Of a stretch of DNA of 64,000 bases, positions 1 to 8,007 are shown piece after piece. The position numbers and the translations under genes are program-made. Below the pieces are notes generated by a model. It searched no databases, was not told the DNA's origin, and saw only the letters and a program-made list of their open reading frames with translations. The stretch spans positions 32,001-96,000 of the IMG/VR virus record IMGVR_UViG_3300009152_000030, one strand, 5' to 3'. Numbering within the stretch: the first letter of the stretch is position 1; every line of letters starts with the position of its first letter. The stretch comes from a virus.

Positions 1-80
1 GAAATTGCAATAGCATCAAGAATATCGCTAGACTCAACAACCTCACAGGTCTTGTTCCTAGTGTTAGCATACACGTACAT
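1..80 (-). CDS. Hypothetical protein, 5' part (runs off the window edge)
   Basis: ATG at 80 preceded by AGGAG; open frame MYVYANTRNKTCEVVESSDILDAIAIS to position 1. Confidence 0.55.
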   Translation of the reverse strand, partial: MYVYANTRNKTCEVVESSDILDAIAI

Positions 81-143
81 ATATTATCTCCTTATTATTA
101 ATTACAAATAATAACTAATAATAAGAAATAATCAAAAAGTACC

Positions 144-719
144 TTAAATTAATAAAAAGATCTTCTTATAAATTCGAGAGTCTTCTATGTACTCTTGATC
201 TTTATAATAGGATCCTGTGTCTCTATCTTGTATTTGTTGTTGAACAGCTTTTGCTACTTCATTTTTAAATAAACTTGCAAAACCAAGAATCAATCCACCA
301 AAAAGTAAACCAATTATTGTTCTAACTATAGTTCTATTTAGCCATTCGCGATTTTCTGAGTCTTTTTTCTCTTTCTCTGTGCGAATATCCGCTTTTACTC
401 GTTCGATCTCTTTAGCTATACGGTCATTCTGATCAATAGTAAATCGAGTAAGTAATTTCTCATTTTCAGTTCTGTTTAGCTCTATAGTCTTATTAATTGC
501 TTCTATTTGCTGGCGCTGAAGCTCAGCAAGCGAATCTAAGTCTTTTTCTACGTCCCTGAGACGCATATTTATTCCAGGATTTCCGTCATAAGATCCAAGG
601 ACTATTGTCTTTAGATCATCGATTGCTTTATCATGTTTCTCATGACTTTTCTTTAAATCATCAAGCTTAGTGTTGATGGAGTCAAGTAAAGAATTAGGGC
701 AATCGGTTGAGTTTGACAT
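144..719 (-). CDS. Coiled-coil protein with one C-terminal TM helix (holin/XhlA-like architecture)
   Basis: Long heptad-rich region then hydrophobic IVRTIIGLLFGGLILGFASLF; function inferred from architecture only. Confidence 0.45.
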   Translation of the reverse strand: MSNSTDCPNSLLDSINTKLDDLKKSHEKHDKAIDDLKTIVLGSYDGNPGINMRLRDVEKDLDSLAELQRQQIEAINKTIELNRTENEKLLTRFTIDQNDRIAKEIERVKADIRTEKEKKDSENREWLNRTIVRTIIGLLFGGLILGFASLFKNEVAKAVQQQIQDRDTGSYYKDQEYIEDSRIYKKIFLLI

Positions 720-1045
720 CGGAGAATCCTCTATAAATAAATAGTATTGTTAGAACATTTTCACCACCTGTATAGAGGGAACTAGATAGTTATGTCTACC
801 CCTAAATCATAGTGTAATTATACTAGACTTTACAGTATCTTATACTTTTGATGTATTTTTCAGAATTAAAAAACCCTAGGTTCTACGCGGTATTTTAAGA
901 TCTCTATTTCACCACTTAAGGGCAAAATAAAAATACTTAAAATTAGCATAAAACCTAAGGTTTTCTTTCTTTTAGCCTAAATTGGCAAACAAATTAAAAT
1001 AAAAGCAACGATTATAAAGAAGATGAAAGGTGCTTCAATTTCCAT

Positions 1046-1267
1046 TTAGTATCCAGCACGAGTTACGCTTGCAATTTCGTAATGATCTTTATCATAAAGA
1101 CGCCAAGCGCTCCAATCATCTCCAGGATCACTAAAAGAACTATGAACTAGATGAAATGTTTCAGCTTTCTGAAGTGCAATTTCATCAAAGTTCAATTCGG
1201 CGCGTTCACTCTTAAGATACTCACGAATATTCTTATTACCAGTAACAGTAGCTCCAATGTAGGACAT
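1046..1267 (-). CDS. Hypothetical protein
   Basis: 73-aa ORF with AGGAG RBS, directly downstream of the PcfJ-like gene. Confidence 0.7.
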   Translation of the reverse strand: MSYIGATVTGNKNIREYLKSERAELNFDEIALQKAETFHLVHSSFSDPGDDWSAWRLYDKDHYEIASVTRAGY

Positions 1268-1280
1268 TTAGTTCTCCTAT

Positions 1281-2681
1281 TTAGTAGGGTGCATCAATCA
1301 TTTCGTAACCATATGCAGGAATAGCAAATTTAACTTTCTTTGGGGCAGGAGCAGGATATTCCAACTTAGCCTTCTTAATCTCAGCGTTGAGATAAGAAAA
1401 GAAGCTCTTACTAGCTGGAGTTTTCTTATTGTTCCGGTCAAAGCACTGAACAATTTGACCATTAGTCATGCTGACCATAGCACAGAGATTTCCCTTACGG
1501 AAAAACATATGGCTTCTATCATCATAGTAGCTACCAATACAGTGTGCACATTCTTGGCCCGCAATTCTCATCTCATTAGAGGTCTTGATCCGGATCGTCT
1601 CAAGATGTTCCGGCAAAGTAAGAGTAGGCATATCACGGTCAGGAACATTAACATCATACTTAAGCAGTGCAAGACGATTCTGTTCCGCCGCAATTCTATG
1701 ATTATTAACACTTGCATTGATCATTTCAAGAATACTCATATTCTCGTAATCAATAGCACTAAGACGCTCATCTCTAGCTCGAAGACCAGGAAGGCCCATA
1801 CGATAACCATCCTTGATAAACTTGTCTACAGCCTCTGGGAGACCAGTACCAACATTAACAGGATGAAGATCCTTCATAGCCTTTACCCAGCCATCAAGAA
1901 TCTTAACATCGTTAACTTTGCTCATCTTTGTATAAAGAGTAGCTTGATTCTTATCAATATCAGCAATCAACTTAGGAATAGTATCGCCACTCATACTCTC
2001 AGTCCGATTAATAGGAATCAACTGGATATACTCTGCAGCAAGACCAGAATGGAACCAACTAAGCCGCCGATTACTAAAGGTACGGTACTTGTAAGCTTGA
2101 ACAAATTCTGCATTAATAGGATGGTTCTGAATCAAGGACAAAATATCCTTAGAATTATCAGACCCAACAGGCCAGACTTTAAGAGAATGCCAAGCCTTCA
2201 AAGTTCTAATAGACTGAGGAATCTTATTAAGAACCGCCCGCCTATCAGTATACTTCAAAGACGAGTATCCAACATTAAAAGCCTGCTTTACAGTAAACTT
2301 TTCCCAAGGGGTACGGGCATTATAAAGATCCTTAAGAGCCCAAGTAAGATCAACAAGATCATTAGACTGGCCAGACCATGTTCTGTTACCATCAATCATC
2401 TCAGTAGTCTGATGACAAGCAGAGATAGTACTGATAGCAGCATCAAGCTTATCTTGCATATCCTTATGCCAGTAAGCAAGGCCGGCAACCAAGTTAATAA
2501 TAGTCTTGTGCCGAGACATCATAGGCTTAATATAGTGCCACTTACTACTTGTCTTAAAAGCCCCACTCTTACTTTTTCTACTGTAGTGCCGCGGCATATT
2601 CCTTATCTTGATATCAAGACGCTCAATCATATTAGTCCACAAGTAGTGCTTATCCTCAACAAACGCATTAAAGTCATACAT
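1281..2681 (-). CDS. PcfJ-like domain protein
   Basis: C-terminal IKTSNEMRIAGQECAHCIGSY...IVQCFDRNN matches the PcfJ pattern (el..eG..m.HC(V/I)g.Y ... Q....N). Confidence 0.7.
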   Translation of the reverse strand: MYDFNAFVEDKHYLWTNMIERLDIKIRNMPRHYSRKSKSGAFKTSSKWHYIKPMMSRHKTIINLVAGLAYWHKDMQDKLDAAISTISACHQTTEMIDGNRTWSGQSNDLVDLTWALKDLYNARTPWEKFTVKQAFNVGYSSLKYTDRRAVLNKIPQSIRTLKAWHSLKVWPVGSDNSKDILSLIQNHPINAEFVQAYKYRTFSNRRLSWFHSGLAAEYIQLIPINRTESMSGDTIPKLIADIDKNQATLYTKMSKVNDVKILDGWVKAMKDLHPVNVGTGLPEAVDKFIKDGYRMGLPGLRARDERLSAIDYENMSILEMINASVNNHRIAAEQNRLALLKYDVNVPDRDMPTLTLPEHLETIRIKTSNEMRIAGQECAHCIGSYYDDRSHMFFRKGNLCAMVSMTNGQIVQCFDRNNKKTPASKSFFSYLNAEIKKAKLEYPAPAPKKVKFAIPAYGYEMIDAPY

Positions 2682-2761
2682 CTAGTAAACCTCTACATGA
2701 TTAAAGAGAAGATCTTAATAGGAGAGAGAAGACTTAAAAAAATCAAAAGGCATGTCATACT

Positions 2762-2961
2762 CTGCATCGTACCTGCATGATACCCTGCAAACACTGCATA
2801 ATACCTACCCCGCTTCTCCAATAAGTATATATCTTTTATATATCCCTATATAGGCTCGCGGGTAACTCCGGCCTCTTTTGACCCTTTTAAGTTTAAACTC
2901 TTTTTACTCGTTATATACCCCTATAGGGCAAAACCTGCCAAAGTAATCTCCGGCCTCTTTT
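2762..2961. repeat. Intergenic short direct repeats: 4x CTGCA(T/A) and 2x CTCCGGCCTCTTTT
   Basis: CTGCAW at 2762, 2773, 2785, 2794; CTCCGGCCTCTTTT at 2866-2879 and 2948-2961, each preceded by GTAA(T). Confidence 0.6.
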
Positions 2962-3047
2962 TTGTCAGTATCCGTGTTGCAGGAATCCCGCAGGAGCTCA
3001 ACACCCTTGAGACCCTAAAGTCTCTCAGGTGTTGGCCCCCACGAAGA

Positions 3048-3413
3048 TTAGACGGTAGCGCTGGTCCTGGAGCTATTGCCCTTTGCCTTGCGCTTCTTCT
3101 GGCTAAGTGCCTCTAGCCTTGCCTGAAGCTCCATCTCTTCTCGTTCTGCATTGATAGCATCCAACTTGCGCTGGTACTCTCGCTGAGACTTAGACATCTT
3201 GTTTGGCTCTTGCTTTGCTTTTGAGTTGACCTGATCAACCTTATTGTTCAGCGAAGCCTGTGCCTTCTTTGCGAAGGGGAACAGGATGCCGCCGATAAGG
3301 GCAGGAATCAAAAGGAATGCAGTAGCGAAGAGACCCCAGAGGGCTCCAGCCATACCTGCACTTGCAGCCTTAGCACCAAGTGTTACTGCTTGTTCTCCAC
3401 CAAGATCAGCCAT
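3048..3413 (-). CDS. Hypothetical membrane protein
   Basis: N-terminal hydrophobic helix, basic coiled-coil C-terminus; GGAGG RBS. Confidence 0.65.
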   Translation of the reverse strand: MADLGGEQAVTLGAKAASAGMAGALWGLFATAFLLIPALIGGILFPFAKKAQASLNNKVDQVNSKAKQEPNKMSKSQREYQRKLDAINAEREEMELQARLEALSQKKRKAKGNSSRTSATV

Positions 3414-3415
3414 GA

Positions 3416-3742
3416 TTAACCCTCCACACGACGAAAGGCACCCGCATTGGGCGCGTGAATCTGAATTGAGCGGTAACCAGGATGAATTGGCTTGCCGTCA
3501 GCACCCTTGTTGTGGCGCTTGAGAAATACAGGAAGATTCTGGAAGCTCAGGCTAAAGCCATCGGCACCAATCTCTCCTGGGGCCCAGACCTCTGCGTCTG
3601 CACCTGCTTCGGATCCATTCATGATCTTGCATCGGGTAACCACAAAACTTCCACGCTCAGTAGTAACTCGAGCCGTGACAGGTCCAGCGGTGTTGCCGAT
3701 CTTGATTGTCCCACTACACGTAAACGGAATCTTCATTCTCAC
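3416..3742 (-). CDS. Hypothetical protein
   Basis: 108-aa ORF, GAGG RBS before GTG, abuts next gene. Confidence 0.65.
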   Translation of the reverse strand: MRMKIPFTCSGTIKIGNTAGPVTARVTTERGSFVVTRCKIMNGSEAGADAEVWAPGEIGADGFSLSFQNLPVFLKRHNKGADGKPIHPGYRSIQIHAPNAGAFRRVEG

Positions 3743-3788
3743 ACCTCTTTTTGTTGGCTCTGAAATAGAGCGTTAATGTTTTTAACAG

Positions 3789-3863
3789 TGTGCCCGACTG
3801 GACTTGAACCAGTGACCTACGGCTTAGAAGGCCGTTGCAACTATCCAACTGTGCTACGGGCAC
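3789..3863 (-). tRNA. tRNA-Arg(UCU)
   Basis: Minus strand GTGCCCG TA GCAC AGTTGGATAG TTGC A ACGGC CT-TCT-AA GCCGT AGGTC ACTGG TTCAAGT CCAGT CGGGCAC A: full cloverleaf, anticodon TCT, CCA not encoded. Confidence 0.95.
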
Positions 3864-3891
3864 GCAGCCTAGGTTTTACCCTAGTAGTTGG

Positions 3892-4281
3892 TTAGAACGG
3901 ATCAATGTCCGTTACAGTTTCGATGACAGGCTCTGACGACTCTGCCTTCTTAGGGGCCTCACCGTACCGAACTACATCAGCGATGATCTCCGTGATCCAC
4001 CGACGCTCACCTGCTTCGGTCTTGTACTCACGAGTTTCACTGCGACCATCGATTTCTACCTGATGACCTTTACCGAGATACTTTGCAGCATTCTCGGCAT
4101 TGGTGCCAAAGACAACGACGCGATGGTATGAAGGCTTGGAGACCTTCTCACCCTTGGCATTTGTGTACCGATAGTTGGTACAGACGTTGAGAACCGCGCG
4201 CGACTGCGACGATTCGGAGCTCGTAAGCTCGGGATTCTTGGTAAGACGACCACGGACTCTAGACTCATTAAGATCTTGCAT
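3892..4281 (-). CDS. ssb: Single-stranded DNA-binding protein (SSB 1)
   Basis: N.SRVRGRLTKNPEL, YHRVVVFG..AENAAKYLGKGHQVEIDGR, acidic tip DIDPF. Confidence 0.92.
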   Translation of the reverse strand: MQDLNESRVRGRLTKNPELTSSESSQSRAVLNVCTNYRYTNAKGEKVSKPSYHRVVVFGTNAENAAKYLGKGHQVEIDGRSETREYKTEAGERRWITEIIADVVRYGEAPKKAESSEPVIETVTDIDPF

Positions 4282-4341
4282 ATCTATCTCCTTTCCGTTT
4301 TTCTACGGACAATTGGTTACTAATATTAGTAAATTTCACAC

Positions 4342-4361
4342 AAGAAAGGGGCGATAGCCCC
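4342..4361 (-). terminator. Intrinsic terminator, copy 1 of GGGGC-TATC-GCCCC-T-rich
   Basis: 5-bp GC stem followed by TTTCTT on minus strand, right after a stop codon. Confidence 0.75.
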
Positions 4362-4362
4362 T

Positions 4363-4515
4363 CTAGCGGCTACACAGGGCCCATGCTGCAACTACTGGCC
4401 AAAACATGCTGGCACAGAAATACAGGATTGTATACCAGACAGGAACTACAATGCTTGCAGTTCCATTGGCATGGCTCATACTAAAAGACGCACTGCTCAT
4501 CAGAATGTTTCGCAT
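4363..4515 (-). CDS. Small membrane protein (50 aa; not in ORF track)
   Basis: AAGGAG RBS, MRNILMSSASFSMSHANGTASIVVPVWYTILYFCASMFWPVVAAWALCSR*. Confidence 0.55.
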   Translation of the reverse strand: MRNILMSSASFSMSHANGTASIVVPVWYTILYFCASMFWPVVAAWALCSR

Positions 4516-4893
4516 TGGTTCTCCTTCTCTTGGTTATCCAGAATAGTTCTGGCTGCTTTCATAAGTGTATTGATACGCTCAGAACCCCATGTCAGTTCAA
4601 GTCTTGCAACTAGATAACTGATGTTGTCTGCGTCTCTATAGTCAACATTGAACAGATTCGGGTCAGGGTTATACACAGGATCTCCTAATTGAGGAATTTG
4701 ATCAACCAGACTAACTTAAACATCAAACCTAATAGGAACAATAGGAATCGTACTTCTACCACAGAAACATATCTAATACTGTTAGCATCTTGCTAAAGTC
4801 AAGCATTAGAAGTTTTGTTGTAAGTAGAAGCAGCATCACAAAGATAAACGTATTTTTGTCGGCCACTTTTCCTCCTTGGAATTGGTTCCAAAC

Positions 4894-4913
4894 AAAGAAG
4901 GGGCGATAGCCCC
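4894..4913 (-). terminator. Intrinsic terminator, copy 2
   Basis: GGGGCTATCGCCCCTTCTTT on minus strand. Confidence 0.75.
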
Positions 4914-4924
4914 CTCTGGTTTTA

Positions 4925-5105
4925 TAAAGGTTGGGGCCCCTCCCGTTCTATCTCTAGAGGAGAGGGGCCTTTGCGTTCCAGGTTAACCTAGACGTACCAC
5001 CTAGTTATTTTTTGAACTAGGACAGTTGCCCATGATCCAGTGAACCAGATCTGGCAGGACTGTTATGGGAGCCCACCCCCAGCCTATTTGAAGAGTGGCT
5101 GGTCT
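4925..5105 (-). ncRNA. Candidate structured ncRNA (five consecutive hairpins) ending at terminator copy 2
   Basis: Minus-strand stems CCAGCC/GGCTGG, ACAGT..GATC/GATC..ACTGT, CCTAGTT/AACTAGG, CTAGG/CCTGG, GGCCCCTC/GAGGGGCC; no credible ORF. Confidence 0.4.
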
Positions 5106-5435
5106 CTTATTGGGGGTCTAACGCGTTTTTCCCAATTTCTTCTCTCCAGTCGAACTTCCGAGTTTCCTCGATCTCGTTCTGCTTACGCTTATCGCCATGG
5201 TTGGCGTTATGCATATTCTGGAGCTGATAACTCTTGACTTCTTTCTTGTCGAATCTGAAGCTCTTGCTCATTATATCCTACTTACCGATACTGATGGTCC
5301 AACGACCACCAAGGTTGTTTGCGAGAACTACTCCACGGTCCATTGCCGTATCAATATTGTTATACTTCTCATTGATAACAATACCCTTGTTTACGACAAA
5401 CACTCTAAGATTGATATGCTTCATTAGTTTTCTCG

Positions 5436-5891
5436 TTACAGTTTGTGGAGGTAAGTCTCATACTGTTGATTGATGTACCACTCAAAGTTGCGGTCATCAT
5501 CGCCGAGTCCTTGGCGGGAACTTTCGAATTCTCCCATAAGGCGATCCTCATTGGCATCCCACCAGGTTTCCTCAACTACTTTGTTGAGGTATCTGTTCAG
5601 GATCTCTTTGCCGACCTTTGACAGGTCCCTAGAGGTCCATTCACCAAGACCTGTTTCCAGGAATCTACGGTGACCTGTGGCCCACTCCCACATCTGCATG
5701 CAGTTGAAGTAGTTGTCCACGACCACTTTGTAGACTCTCCAATACTCCTGTTGGTCTTTGTAATGCCATCCAGCCGTATCTTTCTCTTCTCGCAAGTCGT
5801 AGTTGACCTTGTTCTCCTCAAGTTTGGGATTGAGGATAGCAAGCACCTTATCCATGTCCTGAACCGTTTCCATTGCAAACTGCTTTTCCAT
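5436..5891 (-). CDS. Hypothetical protein (acidic, Trp/Tyr-rich)
   Basis: 151-aa ORF with GAGG RBS. Confidence 0.75.
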   Translation of the reverse strand: MEKQFAMETVQDMDKVLAILNPKLEENKVNYDLREEKDTAGWHYKDQQEYWRVYKVVVDNYFNCMQMWEWATGHRRFLETGLGEWTSRDLSKVGKEILNRYLNKVVEETWWDANEDRLMGEFESSRQGLGDDDRNFEWYINQQYETYLHKL

Positions 5892-5918
5892 GACAAACCT
5901 CTATATAAGGGGGTAAAA

Positions 5919-6060
5919 GTCTTCCTGACAGGATTCGAACCCATCTATTACCATAAGGAAGTGATGCAGCCTTTGTGGCTACCAGACATGACATCTGATA
6001 GGTTAGCCTACCGACAGGCAGGTTGCAGACTGTTGACCTATTGGACTACTAGGACGAGAC
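5919..6060 (-). ncRNA. tRNA-like RNA (~140 nt) with an expanded central region
   Basis: T-arm ATGGG-TTCGAAT-CCTGT; terminal stem GTCT(CG)TCCT/AGGA-AGAC; D-like TAGTCCAATAGG; internal hairpins GGTAGG-CTAA-CCTATC and AGCC-ACAAA-GGCT; no canonical anticodon arm. Confidence 0.5.
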
Positions 6061-6630
6061 AGAGTTGCCCAGTTCCACCAGGAGATTGTTGAACTCCTCG
6101 ATGGGGCAGTCGGCGTCCTCAATCTTTGTCAGGAGGCTCTTGTGTCCCCAGAAAAGATTGATGAGGCCGTCCATGTCAGCCTTGACGTTCTTGACCGTGA
6201 AGTCAAAGTGCTTCGTCAAGGTGGGGATTGCGGCGTAGAAAGCATACGTCCCTCCAAACCGCTCCGAGTACACTTCCATTGTCGGGATGTGGTACAGGGT
6301 CTCGTTGATCTCCAGAGAGTCACGGAGGCGGATCCTATTGATCTTCGCGCTGACCCACTCCGAGACATATCCGTTTTCGGGATTGGGGAGGCCAATCGTG
6401 AAATTGACCTCGAACCCCTTGTGCGCATCATGGAACATCCCGTGCTCCACAATGTAGTACCCTTCCCCCTCAGCATTGTTGCCCCTGACGGCAGCGCTGA
6501 TCGTGGGGCCGCTGAACTCCGTGAGAGACACAGAGTAGGTGGTGTCGTACCCGAGATGGTTCATCCTCTTGGCGACCTCGGTCGCGAAAAGGATAACGGC
6601 TTCAAAGTCAAAGATCATCTGTTTTTTCAT
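6049..6630 (-). CDS. Hypothetical protein
   Basis: Likely start MKKQMIF (ATG 6630, overlapping upstream stop as ATGA); locally GC-rich codons. Confidence 0.7.
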   Translation of the reverse strand: MKKQMIFDFEAVILFATEVAKRMNHLGYDTTYSVSLTEFSGPTISAAVRGNNAEGEGYYIVEHGMFHDAHKGFEVNFTIGLPNPENGYVSEWVSAKINRIRLRDSLEINETLYHIPTMEVYSERFGGTYAFYAAIPTLTKHFDFTVKNVKADMDGLINLFWGHKSLLTKIEDADCPIEEFNNLLVELGNSVSS

Positions 6631-6788
6631 CTTGTCACCTGTTGGTGGGTGTGGGTAGTGCCTCTGTGCTTGATTGCACAGTCTTTGTGTTGAACTCTCC
6701 AAGTTCCGATGTGACGCTCAAAGTGTCCTTCTTTAGCAGGAACGGTTTTGCCACACCGATAGCAGGTTCCGGGATACTGGTTCCTCAT
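6627..6788 (-). CDS. Small zinc-finger protein
   Basis: MRNQYPGTCYRCGKTV...QHKDC: CxxC...HxxC; GGAG RBS before ATG 6788. Confidence 0.65.
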   Translation of the reverse strand: MRNQYPGTCYRCGKTVPAKEGHFERHIGTWRVQHKDCAIKHRGTTHTHQQVTR

Positions 6789-7000
6789 GAGTTCTCCGAA
6801 TTTTGGATGATAATGTCCTCTTGGAAGAACTCGGCAAAGTGTCTTGCTCCGTGGAACTTCTTGTAGGAGCACACCATGTAACCTGGCTCTTTTCTGAACC
6901 AGAACCCGCACTTCCGAATGCGCTTTTGGATCCGACGCGCTGCAGCTAAGTTAGGGGTTGTATGAAGATAGACGTGAAAGTCAAGGCTTACATGATACAT
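6785..7000 (-). CDS. Hypothetical protein
   Basis: 71-aa ORF with strong AAGGAGG RBS. Confidence 0.65.
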   Translation of the reverse strand: MYHVSLDFHVYLHTTPNLAAARRIQKRIRKCGFWFRKEPGYMVCSYKKFHGARHFAEFFQEDIIIQNSENS

Positions 7001-7020
7001 CTTGTCCTCCTTTAGGACGG

Positions 7021-7107
7021 TGGTAATTCAATCATATGGGAATCGAACCTATAACTATGTACTAGAACCGCAACTGCGGCATACATAGCGTCACCAGACT
7101 GATCAAA
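7021..7107 (-). ncRNA. tRNA-like RNA ending in CCA with a minimal D-arm and an elongated central arm
   Basis: Minus strand TTTGATCA / GTC-TGGT-GAC / GCTATGTA..CCGC-AGTT-GCGG..TACATAGT / ATAGG-TTCGATT-CCCAT / TGATTGAA TTA CCA. Confidence 0.55.
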
Positions 7108-7124
7108 GGCCCGCTGCAGCAGAC

Positions 7125-7487
7125 CACCCATGTCTTTACCTCGGCACTAGTGGCAGGGCTCCACTAGCGACAAAGCCCATGTCTATCTCGTCACTAGTAG
7201 CAGGGCTCTACTAGTAACCACCTCATGTTCATCTTCTCCATTAGTGGCAGGGGTCCACTAACAGCCAGCCCATCGCTATAACCAGGTTTGCAACCCTGAC
7301 TACCTCTAGGTTCCCAATAAGTGGCAGGCTCACCTATGGTTTTTCTAGAGGATTTGAAGCCCATGTTTATCTCGTTACTAGCGGCAGGGCTCCAACTAGT
7401 AACCAGCCTTTTTATATAGCCAGGGTTACAACCCTAACTCTCACTAGGTTCCCATAAGCGGCAGGCGCACTTATGATTGTACTAGTA
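7125..7487 (-). ncRNA. Tandem array of six pseudoknot-forming RNA repeats (four ~47-nt units, two ~85-nt units)
   Basis: Hairpins with conserved loop AGCCCUG/AGCCUGC at 7154, 7201, 7248, 7324, 7385, 7461; compensatory stem changes; G-U wobbles only on minus strand; loop complementary to downstream CA(U)GGGCU. Confidence 0.7.
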
Positions 7488-7501
7488 AACTCTCAAAGGA
7501 T

Positions 7502-7568
7502 GACGTCTTGCAGTACGAACAATAGGGTTTACATCCCCTATTATTCGCAATGTAACCTGCGTGACGCC
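7502..7568. ncRNA. Long irregular hairpin
   Basis: GGCGTC...CGAATAATAGGG-GATGTAAA-CCCTATTGTTCG...GACGTC on minus strand. Confidence 0.4.
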
Positions 7569-7577
7569 GTAAACTTG

Positions 7578-7605
7578 TGAGCATTTTAGAGACCTACTCA
7601 GGTCT
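7578..7605 (-). ncRNA. Compact H-type pseudoknot
   Basis: AGACC-TGAGTA-GGTCT-CTAAAA-TGCTCA: 5-bp stem; 6-nt loop pairs with TGCTCA after an A-rich linker. Confidence 0.5.
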
Positions 7606-7610
7606 GAGGA

Positions 7611-7853
7611 TTATACGAAGAAGCGACGGGCCGTATGCACTGCCTCGATAAGAGAATCAGAGCCAGTGTTGGCGTCGCTCTCGTACTTCTTCTCATCGAG
7701 ACGCTCATTGATGGCATCCCACGGGTCATAAGACTCATGGTTCACGTCATCCAGGCTCAGAGTCTCCTTCTGAACCTCTTCGAAACTATCAGTCAAGATC
7801 GTAGCAGCACTAAACAACATGATATACCTCTTTGCATTGGTAGACATTACCAA
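7611..7853 (-). CDS. Hypothetical acidic protein
   Basis: 80-aa ORF, co-directional with neighbours. Confidence 0.6.
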   Translation of the reverse strand: MVMSTNAKRYIMLFSAATILTDSFEEVQKETLSLDDVNHESYDPWDAINERLDEKKYESDANTGSDSLIEAVHTARRFFV

Positions 7854-7862
7854 TTCTCACCG

Positions 7863-7882
7863 AAAGAAGGGGCGATAGCCCC
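7863..7882 (-). terminator. Intrinsic terminator, copy 3
   Basis: GGGGCTATCGCCCCTTCTTT on minus strand. Confidence 0.75.
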
Positions 7883-8007
7883 TCAGGATTTGTACTGTAG
7901 CGGAGTGGGACCCATAATTATTTGGGCCTATTTTCACTCAGCTGGCCCAGGAGCCGAAACCCCCCGACGCCCGTTAGGGCGAAGGGGGGTTGAGCTGGAC
8001 CTGCGAC

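Noticed and set aside
7125-7487. CRISPR array interpretation
   Set aside because: Units abut with no unique spacers, vary by compensatory changes, and no cas genes are in the window
7125-7487. Known riboswitch or ribozyme (SAH, SAM/SAH, preQ1, twister, pistol, HDV/theta, hammerhead)
   Set aside because: Only partial word similarities; I could not place the required conserved cores by eye. An Rfam scan is still needed.
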